A stretch of 64,000 nucleotides of DNA from Candidatus Woesearchaeota archaeon (GTDB lineage: Archaea; Nanobdellota; Nanobdellia; Pacearchaeales; JAHJTO01): assembly GCA_964540065.1 (NCBI GenBank), contig CAZIKY010000003.1, forward strand, positions 9,186 to 73,185. The letters run 5' to 3'. A program made the position numbers and the translations under genes. Shown here piece after piece: positions 37,939-47,282 of this stretch (its first letter is position 1; each line of letters opens with the position of its first letter). The notes beneath the pieces were generated by a model. The model was not told where the DNA came from, searched no databases, and saw only the letters and a program-made list of their open reading frames with translations.

Positions 37939-40218
37939 TTATCCCATATAACCCGGCATGTCTCTTTTGTGGTGCTTTGTTTGCTTCATAGCGACTTCTA
38001 TTTCCTTATACTGCTTGGCATCTCCATCGCCGACGCTAGGTTTGACCTTCTTCAAAGCTTCCTCAAAGTGCTTCTTCTTGACTTCCTTGGCGCTTATGCT
38101 GTCTCTCAAAGCCTGCATTCCAGCTTCTCTGCATACTGCTTCAACATCTGCTCCGACAAATCCTTCACATTTTTCAGCAAGAGGTGCAAAGTCAACATCT
38201 GAAGCGAGAGGCATGTCTTTAGTATGTATCTTGAATATATCCGCAAGTCCTTTCTTTGAAGGTATTTCTGTTGCGACTATCCTGTCAAATCTTCCAGGCC
38301 TAAGTAAAGCAGGATCAAGCATGTCTGGCCTGTTTGTAGCTCCGATTACTACAACTCCCTCTAAGCCGACAACTCCATCCATTTCAGCAAGCATTTGATT
38401 AAGGACTCTTTCAGTTACTTTAGTTCCAGAGTCATATCCTCTTCTTGATGCCAAGGCATCTATCTCATCAAAGAAGACTATACAAGGAGCAACCTGTCTG
38501 GCTCTTTCAAATACCTTTCTTATTCCTTTCTCGCTCTCTCCAACCCATTTGGAAAGAAGCTCTGGACCTTTAACCTGTATAAAATTAGCTTGGCTTTCGG
38601 TAGCTACCGCCTTGGCAAGCAAGGTTTTTCCAGTTCCAGGTGGGCCGAAAAGTAAAATTCCACGCGGCGGCCTTACTCCAACATTCTTGAATACTTCAGG
38701 TTTAGTAAGAGGCCACTCAACTGCTTCTTTAAGATCTTGTTTGATCCTTTCAAGTCCGCCGATATCAGCCCATTTAACATTAGGAGTCTCGACAAAGACT
38801 TCTCTCATTCCGGAAGGCTGCACAACATTCATAGCCTCTCTAAGGTCTTTGTCAGAGATATAAAGTTTCTTTAATACTTCTTCAGAAATTGGCCCTTCAG
38901 CATTTTCAAGTTTAAGATTAGGGAAAACTTTTCTAACCCTGCACATAGCGGCTTCTTTGCAAAGTGCAGATAAATCTGCGCCAACAAAACCATGAGTCAA
39001 TCCAGCATATTTTTCTAAGTCGACACTCTTATCAAGAGGCATATTCCTGGTATGGATTTTTAAAATTGAGAGTCTCCCTTCTCTGCTTGGGACCCCGATA
39101 TTTATCTCTCTGTCAAATCTTCCTCCCCTTCTAAGAGCAGGATCGATAGAATCTGGCCTGTTTGTAGCTGCAATAACTACAACTCTTCCTCTGCTTTTCA
39201 AGCCATCCATGCATGTAAGCAGCTGGCTTACCACCCTTCTTTCTACTTCTCCGTAGCTTTCTTCCCTTTTTGGAGCAATAGCATCGATTTCATCAATAAA
39301 AATTACTGCAGGGGAATTCTTCTCTGCTTCGGTGAATATATCTCTTATTTTTTTCTCGCTTTCCCCGTAGAACTTTGACATGATCTCGGGCCCATTAACA
39401 AGAACAAAATTCGCCTCAGACTCATTTGCAACCGATTTCGCCATTAAAGTTTTTCCCGAACCAGGAGGTCCGAAAAGCAAAACTCCCTTTGGAGGATCGA
39501 TTCCGAGTCTTGAGAAGATTTCAGGATGTTTGAGCGGAAGCTCAACCATTTCCCTAATCCTTTTAATCTCATCATTCAATCCTCCGATGTCCTCATACGT
39601 GACTTCAGGGACGTTTTCTTCAGAAATTTCGACCGCTACAGGATTCAAAACGAATTCTGTCGCGTCAGAGATGAAAGTTGCACCTTTTGGATTGGTGTTA
39701 ACAATTACAAATCTAGTGGTATTAAACTGCCCGAAAGACATATTCAATGCCTCTCCAAAAATATCAAAGAGGTCATTCTCAAAAGAATCCGCTTGGAAGT
39801 CTCTTTTTCTTCTTCCTCCCCCGAGAACAACGATGTCTCCGGAATTTACGGGTCTCCCAATCAATCCTTTTCTAAAGATATCGGGGTCAGCTTGAACTCT
39901 TATTCCTTTTTGGGCGGGAGCGATAGTGACTTTCTTAGCTTCCTTAACTTCAACGACAGAAACTGTTACGACTTCCCCAATTCCGGCCTTTGCGTTCTTC
40001 CTTATAATCCCGTCTATTCTTATTATCGGTTCTCCTACGTCAGCAGGATATGCACGATCAGCAATGACTATTGTCTCTCTTCCGCCTTTAATAGAAATGA
40101 AATCTCCTGGCTTTATTCCAAGCCTCTTCATTATGTTAGTGTTTATTCTTGCAATTCCCTTGTAGGCATCTTCCTGCAGGGATTCCATAACCTTCAACCT
40201 TACCAATTCTTCAGCCAT
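37939..40218 (-). CDS. cdc48: CDC48/VCP family AAA+ ATPase
   Basis: N-domain plus two AAA modules (GPPGSGKT/IDEID; GPPGTGKT/FDEID), two SRH motifs. Confidence 0.98.
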   Translation of the reverse strand: MAEELVRLKVMESLQEDAYKGIARINTNIMKRLGIKPGDFISIKGGRETIVIADRAYPADVGEPIIRIDGIIRKNAKAGIGEVVTVSVVEVKEAKKVTIAPAQKGIRVQADPDIFRKGLIGRPVNSGDIVVLGGGRRKRDFQADSFENDLFDIFGEALNMSFGQFNTTRFVIVNTNPKGATFISDATEFVLNPVAVEISEENVPEVTYEDIGGLNDEIKRIREMVELPLKHPEIFSRLGIDPPKGVLLFGPPGSGKTLMAKSVANESEANFVLVNGPEIMSKFYGESEKKIRDIFTEAEKNSPAVIFIDEIDAIAPKREESYGEVERRVVSQLLTCMDGLKSRGRVVVIAATNRPDSIDPALRRGGRFDREINIGVPSREGRLSILKIHTRNMPLDKSVDLEKYAGLTHGFVGADLSALCKEAAMCRVRKVFPNLKLENAEGPISEEVLKKLYISDKDLREAMNVVQPSGMREVFVETPNVKWADIGGLERIKQDLKEAVEWPLTKPEVFKNVGVRPPRGILLFGPPGTGKTLLAKAVATESQANFIQVKGPELLSKWVGESEKGIRKVFERARQVAPCIVFFDEIDALASRRGYDSGTKVTERVLNQMLAEMDGVVGLEGVVVIGATNRPDMLDPALLRPGRFDRIVATEIPSKKGLADIFKIHTKDMPLASDVDFAPLAEKCEGFVGADVEAVCREAGMQALRDSISAKEVKKKHFEEALKKVKPSVGDGDAKQYKEIEVAMKQTKHHKRDMPGYMG

Positions 40219-40225
40219 CTTAATC

Positions 40226-40810
40226 TCAGTTTAATTCTTCCTCCCCTTCTTCAATTTCAGCTTCTTCTTTATCTTCATTCTTAGGGACGCTTCTCATTAC
40301 CCTTACTCTCCGGCTTATAAAACCTTTGCTGTTCTTAGTATTGATATGTTTAACTTGGGATTTTTCATGGACAGTAGTCTTCACGCCATTTTTCTCTATA
40401 GAATAATTCTTTTCATTGACTCCAGGATCTTCACCATCAGCATTTCCGAAGCTTAATGAAAGCTTGTTAGCTTGCTCAAGGGCAAGCGTAACCATTCTCT
40501 CCATCTTTTCATGCATTCTCTGCATTTCATTCCTTTCTTCATCAAATCCGCTGAAGAAATCTAAAAGCTCTCTTGGGATGCTTACGGCATAAGAATTTCC
40601 AACTTGCCTAAGCTTGACCTTAAAATTCTGGTTTTTGAGTTGAGAATACCTTTGGAATTCTTCAAGATCGGAAGGGTGGTAGGTTCTCTGCCCGCACCCA
40701 GGGCATTCGAGAGCCCTAAGATTATAACCGCTTCTTTGCACGATAAGCTTTTTCATTTTCTTATCGCATTTATTGCACAAAACTGTATGTTCAAAAAGAT
40801 CTCCAGCCAT
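40226..40810 (-). CDS. Zn-ribbon plus AbrB/MazE-like DNA-binding protein, probably co-transcribed with cdc48
   Basis: CNKC...CPGC; KLRQVGNSYAVSIP; 7-nt gap to cdc48; start taken at MAGDLF. Confidence 0.75.
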   Translation of the reverse strand: MAGDLFEHTVLCNKCDKKMKKLIVQRSGYNLRALECPGCGQRTYHPSDLEEFQRYSQLKNQNFKVKLRQVGNSYAVSIPRELLDFFSGFDEERNEMQRMHEKMERMVTLALEQANKLSLSFGNADGEDPGVNEKNYSIEKNGVKTTVHEKSQVKHINTKNSKGFISRRVRVMRSVPKNEDKEEAEIEEGEEELN

Positions 40811-40846
40811 TTTTATTTTATTTTTCGTGTTTCTTTTTTGTATGCA

Positions 40847-40908
40847 TGAGGTGTATACCTCACGTGTATACACATACACGTATACACCGGTATATAAACT
40901 TTTCGTTT
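40847..40908 (-). promoter_or_regulatory. BRE/TATA promoter with GTATAC palindrome array
   Basis: Minus-strand CGAAAAG-TTTATATA; GTATAC at 40853, 40866, 40880; perfect GTGTATACAC 40864-40873; TGAGGT/ACCTCA inverted repeat 40847-40862. Confidence 0.65.
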
Positions 40909-41304
40909 TTACGCACAGCCCAGTTCTTCCCAAAACTCGGCTGAAAGCTTCTTCAAATCAGGATCTTCCTTCATAAATGCATCAGAAATATCTCCAGTTC
41001 CGCCTGCAAAAACATAAGGGCTTCTTGGCACTGCAGGAGTTGCAAAATAAACATCTCCCATGGCTTTTAGCATTTGCAAGGCATCTGAAAGGTCGTGGCT
41101 ATAAGGCCCGCCAGAGGTATTTGAGAACCTAATCCCTCCCAAAACCCTTTTGTACTCTTCCCTTCTTTTATGGAAAAAATCCTGAAAGCTCCTAGAATCT
41201 GCGCTGAAATATCTTCCTCTTCCCTTAGCAGGAGACAAAGAAAGAACAGAGAGGAGAGTATCAATCACTTTCCGATTATATTGGCAATCCCGATCTTCCG
41301 ACAT
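40909..41304 (-). CDS. Hypothetical protein, winged-helix/Panacea-like GPYS motif
   Basis: GPYSHDLSDALQML..G; start taken at MSEDRD. Confidence 0.5.
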   Translation of the reverse strand: MSEDRDCQYNRKVIDTLLSVLSLSPAKGRGRYFSADSRSFQDFFHKRREEYKRVLGGIRFSNTSGGPYSHDLSDALQMLKAMGDVYFATPAVPRSPYVFAGGTGDISDAFMKEDPDLKKLSAEFWEELGCA

Positions 41305-41380
41305 CAAATCCCTAAACTTAAGGAGTATTAAAGGATTGTTGTACCACAACCTTTTTAATGAAATTTATACTATCTTTAAA

Positions 41381-41956
41381 ATGAGTTTAAAGACAGGGCT
41401 GAAGAGGTTCTGGAAATTTCTTTGGGAATCGGATTCTTGGGCTAGTTGGATAACACTCCTTGTCATCGCATTCCTGTTAGTAAGGCTGGTGATTTTTCCG
41501 GTTCTAGGATTGGCGCTTGGGGGAACAGAGCTCCCTTTAGTTGTAATCGAAAGCCAAAGCATGGAGCATTCGGGAAGCTTCGAAGATTGGTTAGGAAGCC
41601 ATGGAGAGTGGTATTTCGAAAATAACATCTCCAGAGAAGAAATGATTTCATGGGAATTCAGGGAAGGTCTTGACAAAGGAGATATAGTCATAACAAAGAA
41701 AGTTGAAAACTATAAAATCGGAGAAGTAATAATATTCAAAGTGAAGGAGCAGAAAACACCGATAATCCACAGAATAGTCAAATACGACGATCAAGAGGAT
41801 GAATTTGAAACTAAAGGAGACAACAACATCGATCAGATCCCTTATGAAAGAGCAATCGGCCAGGATCAGATAGTAAGCAAGGCCTTAGTAAGAATCCCGA
41901 AAATCGGTTTAATAAAGGTATATCTCGTAGAAAGATTAAGAGCTTTGGCAGCTTAA
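41381..41956 (+). CDS. Signal peptidase I (archaeal S26B)
   Basis: N-terminal TM, VIESQSME, GDIV, IIHRI, TKGDNN. Confidence 0.92.
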   Translation: MSLKTGLKRFWKFLWESDSWASWITLLVIAFLLVRLVIFPVLGLALGGTELPLVVIESQSMEHSGSFEDWLGSHGEWYFENNISREEMISWEFREGLDKGDIVITKKVENYKIGEVIIFKVKEQKTPIIHRIVKYDDQEDEFETKGDNNIDQIPYERAIGQDQIVSKALVRIPKIGLIKVYLVERLRALAA

Positions 41957-42505
41957 TTCGCTCCCTTCAGGGAAAAACCATTCTTTCTTGACAAGATCTG
42001 AAAGGTCTTTCCTCTTCCAGAAAAAGCCAAAAAATCCAGGAACGTTGTCTTCCCTGCTTTTCAGGTTCGGCTTTAAAACATCTTCTGATTCAAGATAAAG
42101 TCTCACAGTGCATTTTGGAACAATAAGGCCATTGTTTAATTCAAGAGGATAATTAGTCCTTAAGATCAGCTCCTGATACCTTGAATTGTAAATGCTTTTT
42201 GGCCCCCTCACAAATCCGCTTTCGGCATAAACTGAGCCGAAGGGAGTTTTATGCTCTCCTTCAAATTCTGTGCTAAATAATTCGGATACGCTGACGTCAT
42301 AATCTGTTTGGATCAAGGAATATTCCTTCCCATTGGTTGCCCATTTGTCTCCAAATCCGCTCAAAGAAGGAGTTTTATCGACTGCTTCCTTTAAGGAAAG
42401 CTCTCCTTCGTGATCATGCCTTGCATAATTAAGCTCTCTGACAAGCCTTTCCAAGTCAAAAAGACCCATCACTCTGGTCTGATCATCTCTTATTTTCGTC
42501 TCCAT
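41936..42505 (-). CDS. Hypothetical protein
   Basis: About 190-aa ORF, no recognised motif. Confidence 0.6.
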   Translation of the reverse strand: METKIRDDQTRVMGLFDLERLVRELNYARHDHEGELSLKEAVDKTPSLSGFGDKWATNGKEYSLIQTDYDVSVSELFSTEFEGEHKTPFGSVYAESGFVRGPKSIYNSRYQELILRTNYPLELNNGLIVPKCTVRLYLESEDVLKPNLKSREDNVPGFFGFFWKRKDLSDLVKKEWFFPEGSELSCQSS

Positions 42506-42598
42506 TTTCACACTAAAAAGTGCAAATGATGGTTTAAAAACCCTGCCCCAAAGAAGCGGTAGGTATTTAAATCGGAAAGCCACTCTTAAATTTAGAAA

Positions 42599-42916
42599 AT
42601 GCAGTTTTGTCCTAAGTGTGGCTTATTGCTTGTAAAAAAGAGAACGAGATTTGTCTGTCCTAAGTGTGGCAAATCTGTAAAAGGAAAGGTAAAAATAAAG
42701 ACAAGCGAGAAAATGGCCGAGAAAACAAAAGTCGGCCTTCTAAAAGAAAAAGAATCTACTGTATGGCCTATGACTTCAGCAACTTGCCCCAAATGTAAAA
42801 ACACAAGGGCCTATTTCTGGACTGCATCAAAAGGTGCAAGAGCAGAAGACGAGGGAGAAGTAAGCTTCTTCAGGTGCACCAAGTGCAAGCACACTTGGAG
42901 AGAATATTCTGCTTAA
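42599..42916 (+). CDS. Divergent TFS/RpoM-like paralog
   Basis: Two Zn ribbons; hairpin YFWTASKGARAEDEGEVSFF instead of QTRSADE. Confidence 0.85.
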   Translation: MQFCPKCGLLLVKKRTRFVCPKCGKSVKGKVKIKTSEKMAEKTKVGLLKEKESTVWPMTSATCPKCKNTRAYFWTASKGARAEDEGEVSFFRCTKCKHTWREYSA

Positions 42917-42930
42917 TTTAAAATAATAAA

Positions 42931-43236
42931 ATGCAATTCTGTCCAAACTGCAGCGTTATGTTGTCCCATAAACACGGGAAATTCGTTTGTTCTAAATGCG
43001 GTTACACCACTGGAGAGGGCAAGCTCGCCGTAAAAGAAAAGATGGCTGAGAAAAAAGAGATAGCTATTTTAAACAAAGACAAAGGTGAAAACCTTCCAAT
43101 AACAGACATGAAATGCCCTAAATGTGGGAACAAACAGGCATATTTCTGGCAGCTCCAGACAAGATCTGCAGACGAATCAGAAACAAGCTTCTACAAATGC
43201 ACCAAGTGCAGCCACACTTGGAGGCAGTACAGATAA
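42931..43236 (+). CDS. tfs: Transcription factor S (TFS)
   Basis: Two Zn ribbons, canonical QTRSADE. Confidence 0.95.
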   Translation: MQFCPNCSVMLSHKHGKFVCSKCGYTTGEGKLAVKEKMAEKKEIAILNKDKGENLPITDMKCPKCGNKQAYFWQLQTRSADESETSFYKCTKCSHTWRQYR

Positions 43237-43250
43237 AATTTACTTAGATT

Positions 43251-43850
43251 TTACTTCAGTCTCTTCCTAAACTCTTTGATAATATTCTGATAGCCTTCTT
43301 TTTGGACTATCTCCCAAGACCTCTGATAATCTTTATGTGAGCCCATGAGCCTTATCTCATTCTCAAGCCTCTTTTTAGGATAGAATTTTCTGAATATCGC
43401 TTCATGTATTGCGTGTAGGGGAATGTGTATCTTAGTAGTCCTGGATTCCTTTTTGTATTTGTCAAAAATATAATCCCAGGATTTTCTGGCCCGATCCATA
43501 TTACCTTCTTGAATGAAAAGCTGGTGAATCATTTCATGAGCAAGAGTATCGATAAACCTGTCCGGCCTTCTTACAGGCATAGTCAAAGGATCAGAGAATG
43601 GAACAGATTTGTTGACCACGTAACATTTCACACTTTTCATTTTCCATTTCAATCCGCTCACTTTTGAAAGCTCTGAAAGAACTTTTTTCTCATCTTTTCT
43701 CCACTTCTTTTCCATTTTTTTCATGAAGCTAATGACTTTTTCGTAAGAAAGAGTAGGCCATTTCTTCATGTGAGGATAAATCTTCATCCATTCCCTGAGA
43801 TTTTCATCATAGATCCAGGAATAAGTAAAGATCACTTTTGGAGTTTTCAT
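43251..43850 (-). CDS. Putative zincin-like metal-dependent hydrolase
   Basis: LAHEMIH (HEXXH); start taken at MKTPK. Confidence 0.65.
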   Translation of the reverse strand: MKTPKVIFTYSWIYDENLREWMKIYPHMKKWPTLSYEKVISFMKKMEKKWRKDEKKVLSELSKVSGLKWKMKSVKCYVVNKSVPFSDPLTMPVRRPDRFIDTLAHEMIHQLFIQEGNMDRARKSWDYIFDKYKKESRTTKIHIPLHAIHEAIFRKFYPKKRLENEIRLMGSHKDYQRSWEIVQKEGYQNIIKEFRKRLK

Positions 43851-43939
43851 TAAAAATCTTATGAACTGAAATATAAAAACTAATCGACCCATCCCGACCC
43901 ATCAACTTTTTAAACCATTAAGAGCTCATAAAATCGAAT

Positions 43940-44014
43940 GGGCCCGTAGCTCAGCCTGGTTAGAGCACCGGACTCTTAATCCGGGTGTCGGGGGTTCAAC
44001 TCCCCTCGGGCTCA
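43940..44014 (+). tRNA. tRNA-Lys(CUU)
   Basis: Acceptor GGGCCCG/CGGGCTC, D-stem GCTC/GAGC, anticodon stem CCGGA/TCCGG with CTT, T-loop TTCAACT. Confidence 0.95.
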
Positions 44015-44114
44015 TTTATAATTTTTCCTTTTACCACTTGGTATATACTACATATAAAAAACGTTTATATAGAAGAATGCCCTTATAATAAAGAGGCTCT
44101 CTCGCTGATTGCCG

Positions 44115-44537
44115 ATGAAGTTTGAAAAATATCTCGAGATAAGAAAAGAGGCGATTATCCTTGAGATAGATAATCTCAAGAAAAGCGGAAACATGATCGT
44201 AGTTGAAGGCGAGCATGACCGTGATGCCCTAGAGAATCTTGGCCTTGAGAGAATATTTATTCTGAATAAAACCGGTGTGAGTATCTTCAACAGAATTGAT
44301 GACTTGATAAAGCAGCTCCAGAACAAAGAGCACTGCGTAATCCTGACTGACTTGGACAAAAAAGGAAAAGCTTATTACAAGATGATTAGAAAGGAGCTGG
44401 AAAATCACGGACTCAGGCCAAACAGCAGAATGAGAGAAATTTTAGAAAGAAGCAGGGTAAGCCATATTGAAGGTTTAGACAAATTCCTTGAAGTCAAAAT
44501 GCCTCTTCACCACCCTTCTCCTAGGCAGAGCCTTTGA
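44115..44537 (+). CDS. Stand-alone Toprim domain protein
   Basis: IVVEGEHD, ILTDLDKKG. Confidence 0.85.
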   Translation: MKFEKYLEIRKEAIILEIDNLKKSGNMIVVEGEHDRDALENLGLERIFILNKTGVSIFNRIDDLIKQLQNKEHCVILTDLDKKGKAYYKMIRKELENHGLRPNSRMREILERSRVSHIEGLDKFLEVKMPLHHPSPRQSL

Positions 44538-44545
44538 TTTTAATT

Positions 44546-45103
44546 CTACTTGAGTTTAAGCAGCTTTCCGCCCAAATTCTTCTTGATGTAAAGATTAAAC
44601 AGGACGAGAAAAGTTATTCCTCCAGCTAATGTAAATATGATATCGAAGAAGCCATCCCAAATGAAGAAGTCTTTCAGATACCATGGCTGATCCGGGTTAA
44701 TATATTCGTCTATTGTTTCCATAATTTCCCAGATTATCGAGATTATAAAAACGCTAAATGTGACCCAAAAGTTCTTCTTCTTAGTCTTGATAAGATAAAA
44801 GAAAATGATTGAGATGCTGGCTATCGCCATTCCTCCAAAGAAGTGGCTTGGAACATCGACCCAATAAGCCACTGCATAAAGATCGTAAATCCTCAATGCA
44901 AGTTCAAATGAAAGAAAAACCACTCCCAGAAATAAGCCCAAAATAATAAGCTCAAAATATTTTATGGCTTTATGGAGATCCCTTATATGTTTTATTCTGT
45001 GGTCTACCTTTCTTACTTCTTTTAGAAATTTCCTCTTCTGAGCCTTTGCCTCTTTGATTATCTTCTTGCTGCTTGATGACCACTTTTTTCTCAGTTTATC
45101 CAT
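44546..45103 (-). CDS. Membrane protein
   Basis: Four hydrophobic helices; SHFFGG, WEIME, D..FDI motifs. Confidence 0.7.
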   Translation of the reverse strand: MDKLRKKWSSSSKKIIKEAKAQKRKFLKEVRKVDHRIKHIRDLHKAIKYFELIILGLFLGVVFLSFELALRIYDLYAVAYWVDVPSHFFGGMAIASISIIFFYLIKTKKKNFWVTFSVFIISIIWEIMETIDEYINPDQPWYLKDFFIWDGFFDIIFTLAGGITFLVLFNLYIKKNLGGKLLKLK

Positions 45104-45153
45104 TATTAAAAAAAGAGATCAATCTTTAAATATTTAATTCGACACGATAAATC

Positions 45154-45729
45154 ATGGAAATCAAAAAAGAGTATCGGATAATCGGCATAGACGACGGCCA
45201 TTTCACCAAATCAGGCGGCCAAGTCCTTGTTGTCGGGACAATTTTCAGGGGCGGCCAGTGGATGGACGGCGTTGTATCCACAAAAGTAGATGTGGACGGC
45301 AATGATGCAACTGAAAAATTGATTGCCCTGATAAACAGCAGCAAGCATGCTGCCCAGCTTAAGTGCATCATGCTTAATGGAATCGCAATCGGAGGATTCA
45401 ACGTCATAGACATCCAGGAACTTAGCAAAAAAACCAAACTCCCGGTGATTGTGATGATAAGAAAAACTCCGGACTTCAAAAAGATAAAATCTGCTCTTGA
45501 AAAAATGGGGGCTATAGAAAAAATGGATATAATCATGAGGGCCGGAGAGATCTACAACACCCAAGTCAAAGAAGGAAAGGTTTTCTTCCAAATCGCAGGC
45601 ATAAAAATGGAAGATGCGGAGAAGATAATCAAGATTTCAGCAACAAGAAGTTTTATCCCGGAGCCGATAAGGGCTGCGCATATAATTGCAAGCGGCGTCA
45701 CAATAGGTGAGAGCTCTAAAAGAGTTTAA
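45154..45729 (+). CDS. DUF99 / endonuclease V-like (endonuclease dU) protein
   Basis: IIGIDDG, VDVDGNDAT, GIAIGGFNVIDI, PEPIRAAHIIA. Confidence 0.9.
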   Translation: MEIKKEYRIIGIDDGHFTKSGGQVLVVGTIFRGGQWMDGVVSTKVDVDGNDATEKLIALINSSKHAAQLKCIMLNGIAIGGFNVIDIQELSKKTKLPVIVMIRKTPDFKKIKSALEKMGAIEKMDIIMRAGEIYNTQVKEGKVFFQIAGIKMEDAEKIIKISATRSFIPEPIRAAHIIASGVTIGESSKRV

Positions 45730-45758
45730 TTTAAATATATGAACAGATTATAAAAAAG

Positions 45759-45986
45759 ATGTCTAATGAAAATCTGACTGAAAGAGTTTCTGGGCAAGAA
45801 ACAGTAGCAGAAGAAGGCAAGGAAGTAAAAAGATCTCCCTATCATTCAGTAATTATTCCGGCATCAAGCATCCCAAGAGTACTTTACGGGCCAAACAATG
45901 AAGTTCTTATAAAGGATAAATCTGAAGATTACATCCAGCCATACAAAAGTTCAGCATGGGCAAACTGGGGAAAGACTAAAAGATAG
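45759..45986 (+). CDS. Hypothetical 75-aa protein
   Basis: ORF preceded by TTTAAATA TATA-like box. Confidence 0.55.
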   Translation: MSNENLTERVSGQETVAEEGKEVKRSPYHSVIIPASSIPRVLYGPNNEVLIKDKSEDYIQPYKSSAWANWGKTKR

Positions 45987-46061
45987 ATAGCTTAGAATAT
46001 CTAGATTTGTCTAGTCCCTAAAATTCTTTTGCAATTTAACAAAAAGATGTAAACTATTCAA

Positions 46062-46331
46062 TTAAGAAAGCAAGTCTCTTACCTTTTCAATATGGTCTGC
46101 TACTTCCTGCCCTTTCTTAGTCAGTTTAATGAGCTTTATCCTTCCCTTCTTTTCAAAGGTTACTAAACCCATTTTCTCTAATCCCTGCAAAATCTTTACA
46201 GCATGGCTGTATGTGCAGTCGACTTCCTTTGCAAGAACGCTCCCATATCTAACTCTGCTTGACTTTTTCAAAGCTATCAGCATAAAAGCCGGCTTCTTTC
46301 TAAAGAATACATCAAATACAGTCTTAGCCAT
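46062..46331 (-). CDS. Winged helix-turn-helix DNA-binding protein
   Basis: LAKEVDCTYSHAVKILQGLEKMGLV..EKKGR..LTKKG. Confidence 0.85.
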   Translation of the reverse strand: MAKTVFDVFFRKKPAFMLIALKKSSRVRYGSVLAKEVDCTYSHAVKILQGLEKMGLVTFEKKGRIKLIKLTKKGQEVADHIEKVRDLLS

Positions 46332-46400
46332 TTTTCCCTTAGCAATTCTTAGTCATTAAACTATTGATCGGCCTTTGGAACCAATCTAAAAATATTCCCT

Positions 46401-46446
46401 TAACGTATATGTTACAATACTCATTTTCTTTATAAACTTTTCGTTT
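46401..46446 (-). promoter_or_regulatory. BRE/TATA promoter plus near-palindrome TAACGTATATGTTA
   Basis: TATAAACTTTTCGTTT (46431-46446) is identical to 40893-40908; 12/14 palindrome at 46401-46414. Confidence 0.6.
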
Positions 46447-46501
46447 AACTTCGTTTAATCTCATATAAGTAGTGATTTTTGAGATTTTTAGCCCAAAAAA
46501 G

Positions 46502-47194
46502 CTATTTTATCAACGGAACAAAGGAATATCCGCTTTCAAAGTAAATCCTTTCCAAGAAACCTTTTTTGCTCTGCCAGACCTCCAAATTCCCTTCTTCCGT
46601 AGGAAAAACAAGAAGGCCATTTTCATTAAGTTTGACAACTTCCTTGAGGTCTTTAATCAAATCAGCGCTTGCAGCGGCGGTAGAGATAATCCGATCATAC
46701 TTCTCTTTCCAAATCTTACTTTTCCTATCCAAGGCGCTTCCATGAACAAACTTCAAATTGAGCTTTTTCTTGGTGGCCTTGAAATTTTTCTTGGCCAAGG
46801 CCGAAAGCTCCTTTATCCTTTCAACACTAATCACTTTTCCGGGCTTTACTAAATAAGCCAAAAGAGTGGCATTCCATCCGCTTCCGGATCCAACTTCCAA
46901 AACATTAAGCCCTTTCTTAAGATCTGCAAGCAAAAGCATCCTTGCAACAGTCGTAGGCTGAGAAATTGTCTGCCCATATCCGATGGCCAGGGGAACATCC
47001 ACATAAGCGCTTTCTTTATCTGCCTCAAGGACAAAATCTTTCCTGTCGATTTCAATCATCGCCTTGATTATCTCCAAAAACCTCTCCTTTTCAGGCTTGC
47101 TCTTCACATAAATCGCATTATTTAGATAAACTGAATGAAGAAGCTTCCTTTCTTCATAATTCCCCTCTTTTTCGATAACTGAATTTATGTCCAC
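46502..47194 (-). CDS. pcm: Protein-L-isoaspartate O-methyltransferase
   Basis: AYVDVPLAIGYGQTISQP, VLEVGSGSGW, YDRII.TAA. Confidence 0.93.
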   Translation of the reverse strand: MDINSVIEKEGNYEERKLLHSVYLNNAIYVKSKPEKERFLEIIKAMIEIDRKDFVLEADKESAYVDVPLAIGYGQTISQPTTVARMLLLADLKKGLNVLEVGSGSGWNATLLAYLVKPGKVISVERIKELSALAKKNFKATKKKLNLKFVHGSALDRKSKIWKEKYDRIISTAAASADLIKDLKEVVKLNENGLLVFPTEEGNLEVWQSKKGFLERIYFESGYSFVPLIK

Positions 47195-47282
47195 TAAAGA
47201 AACAAATCGGGGAGATTAATAAAGACTTCCTCGCCGGCCTCGCTGACTTAACCTTTAAATATCCTTAGAATTTACTTATTTT

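Noticed and set aside
37958-40284. Long antisense ORFs opposite cdc48 (146, 104, 171, 252 aa) and similar shadow ORFs elsewhere
   Set aside because: Fully antisense to conserved genes, S/L/F-biased, no motifs
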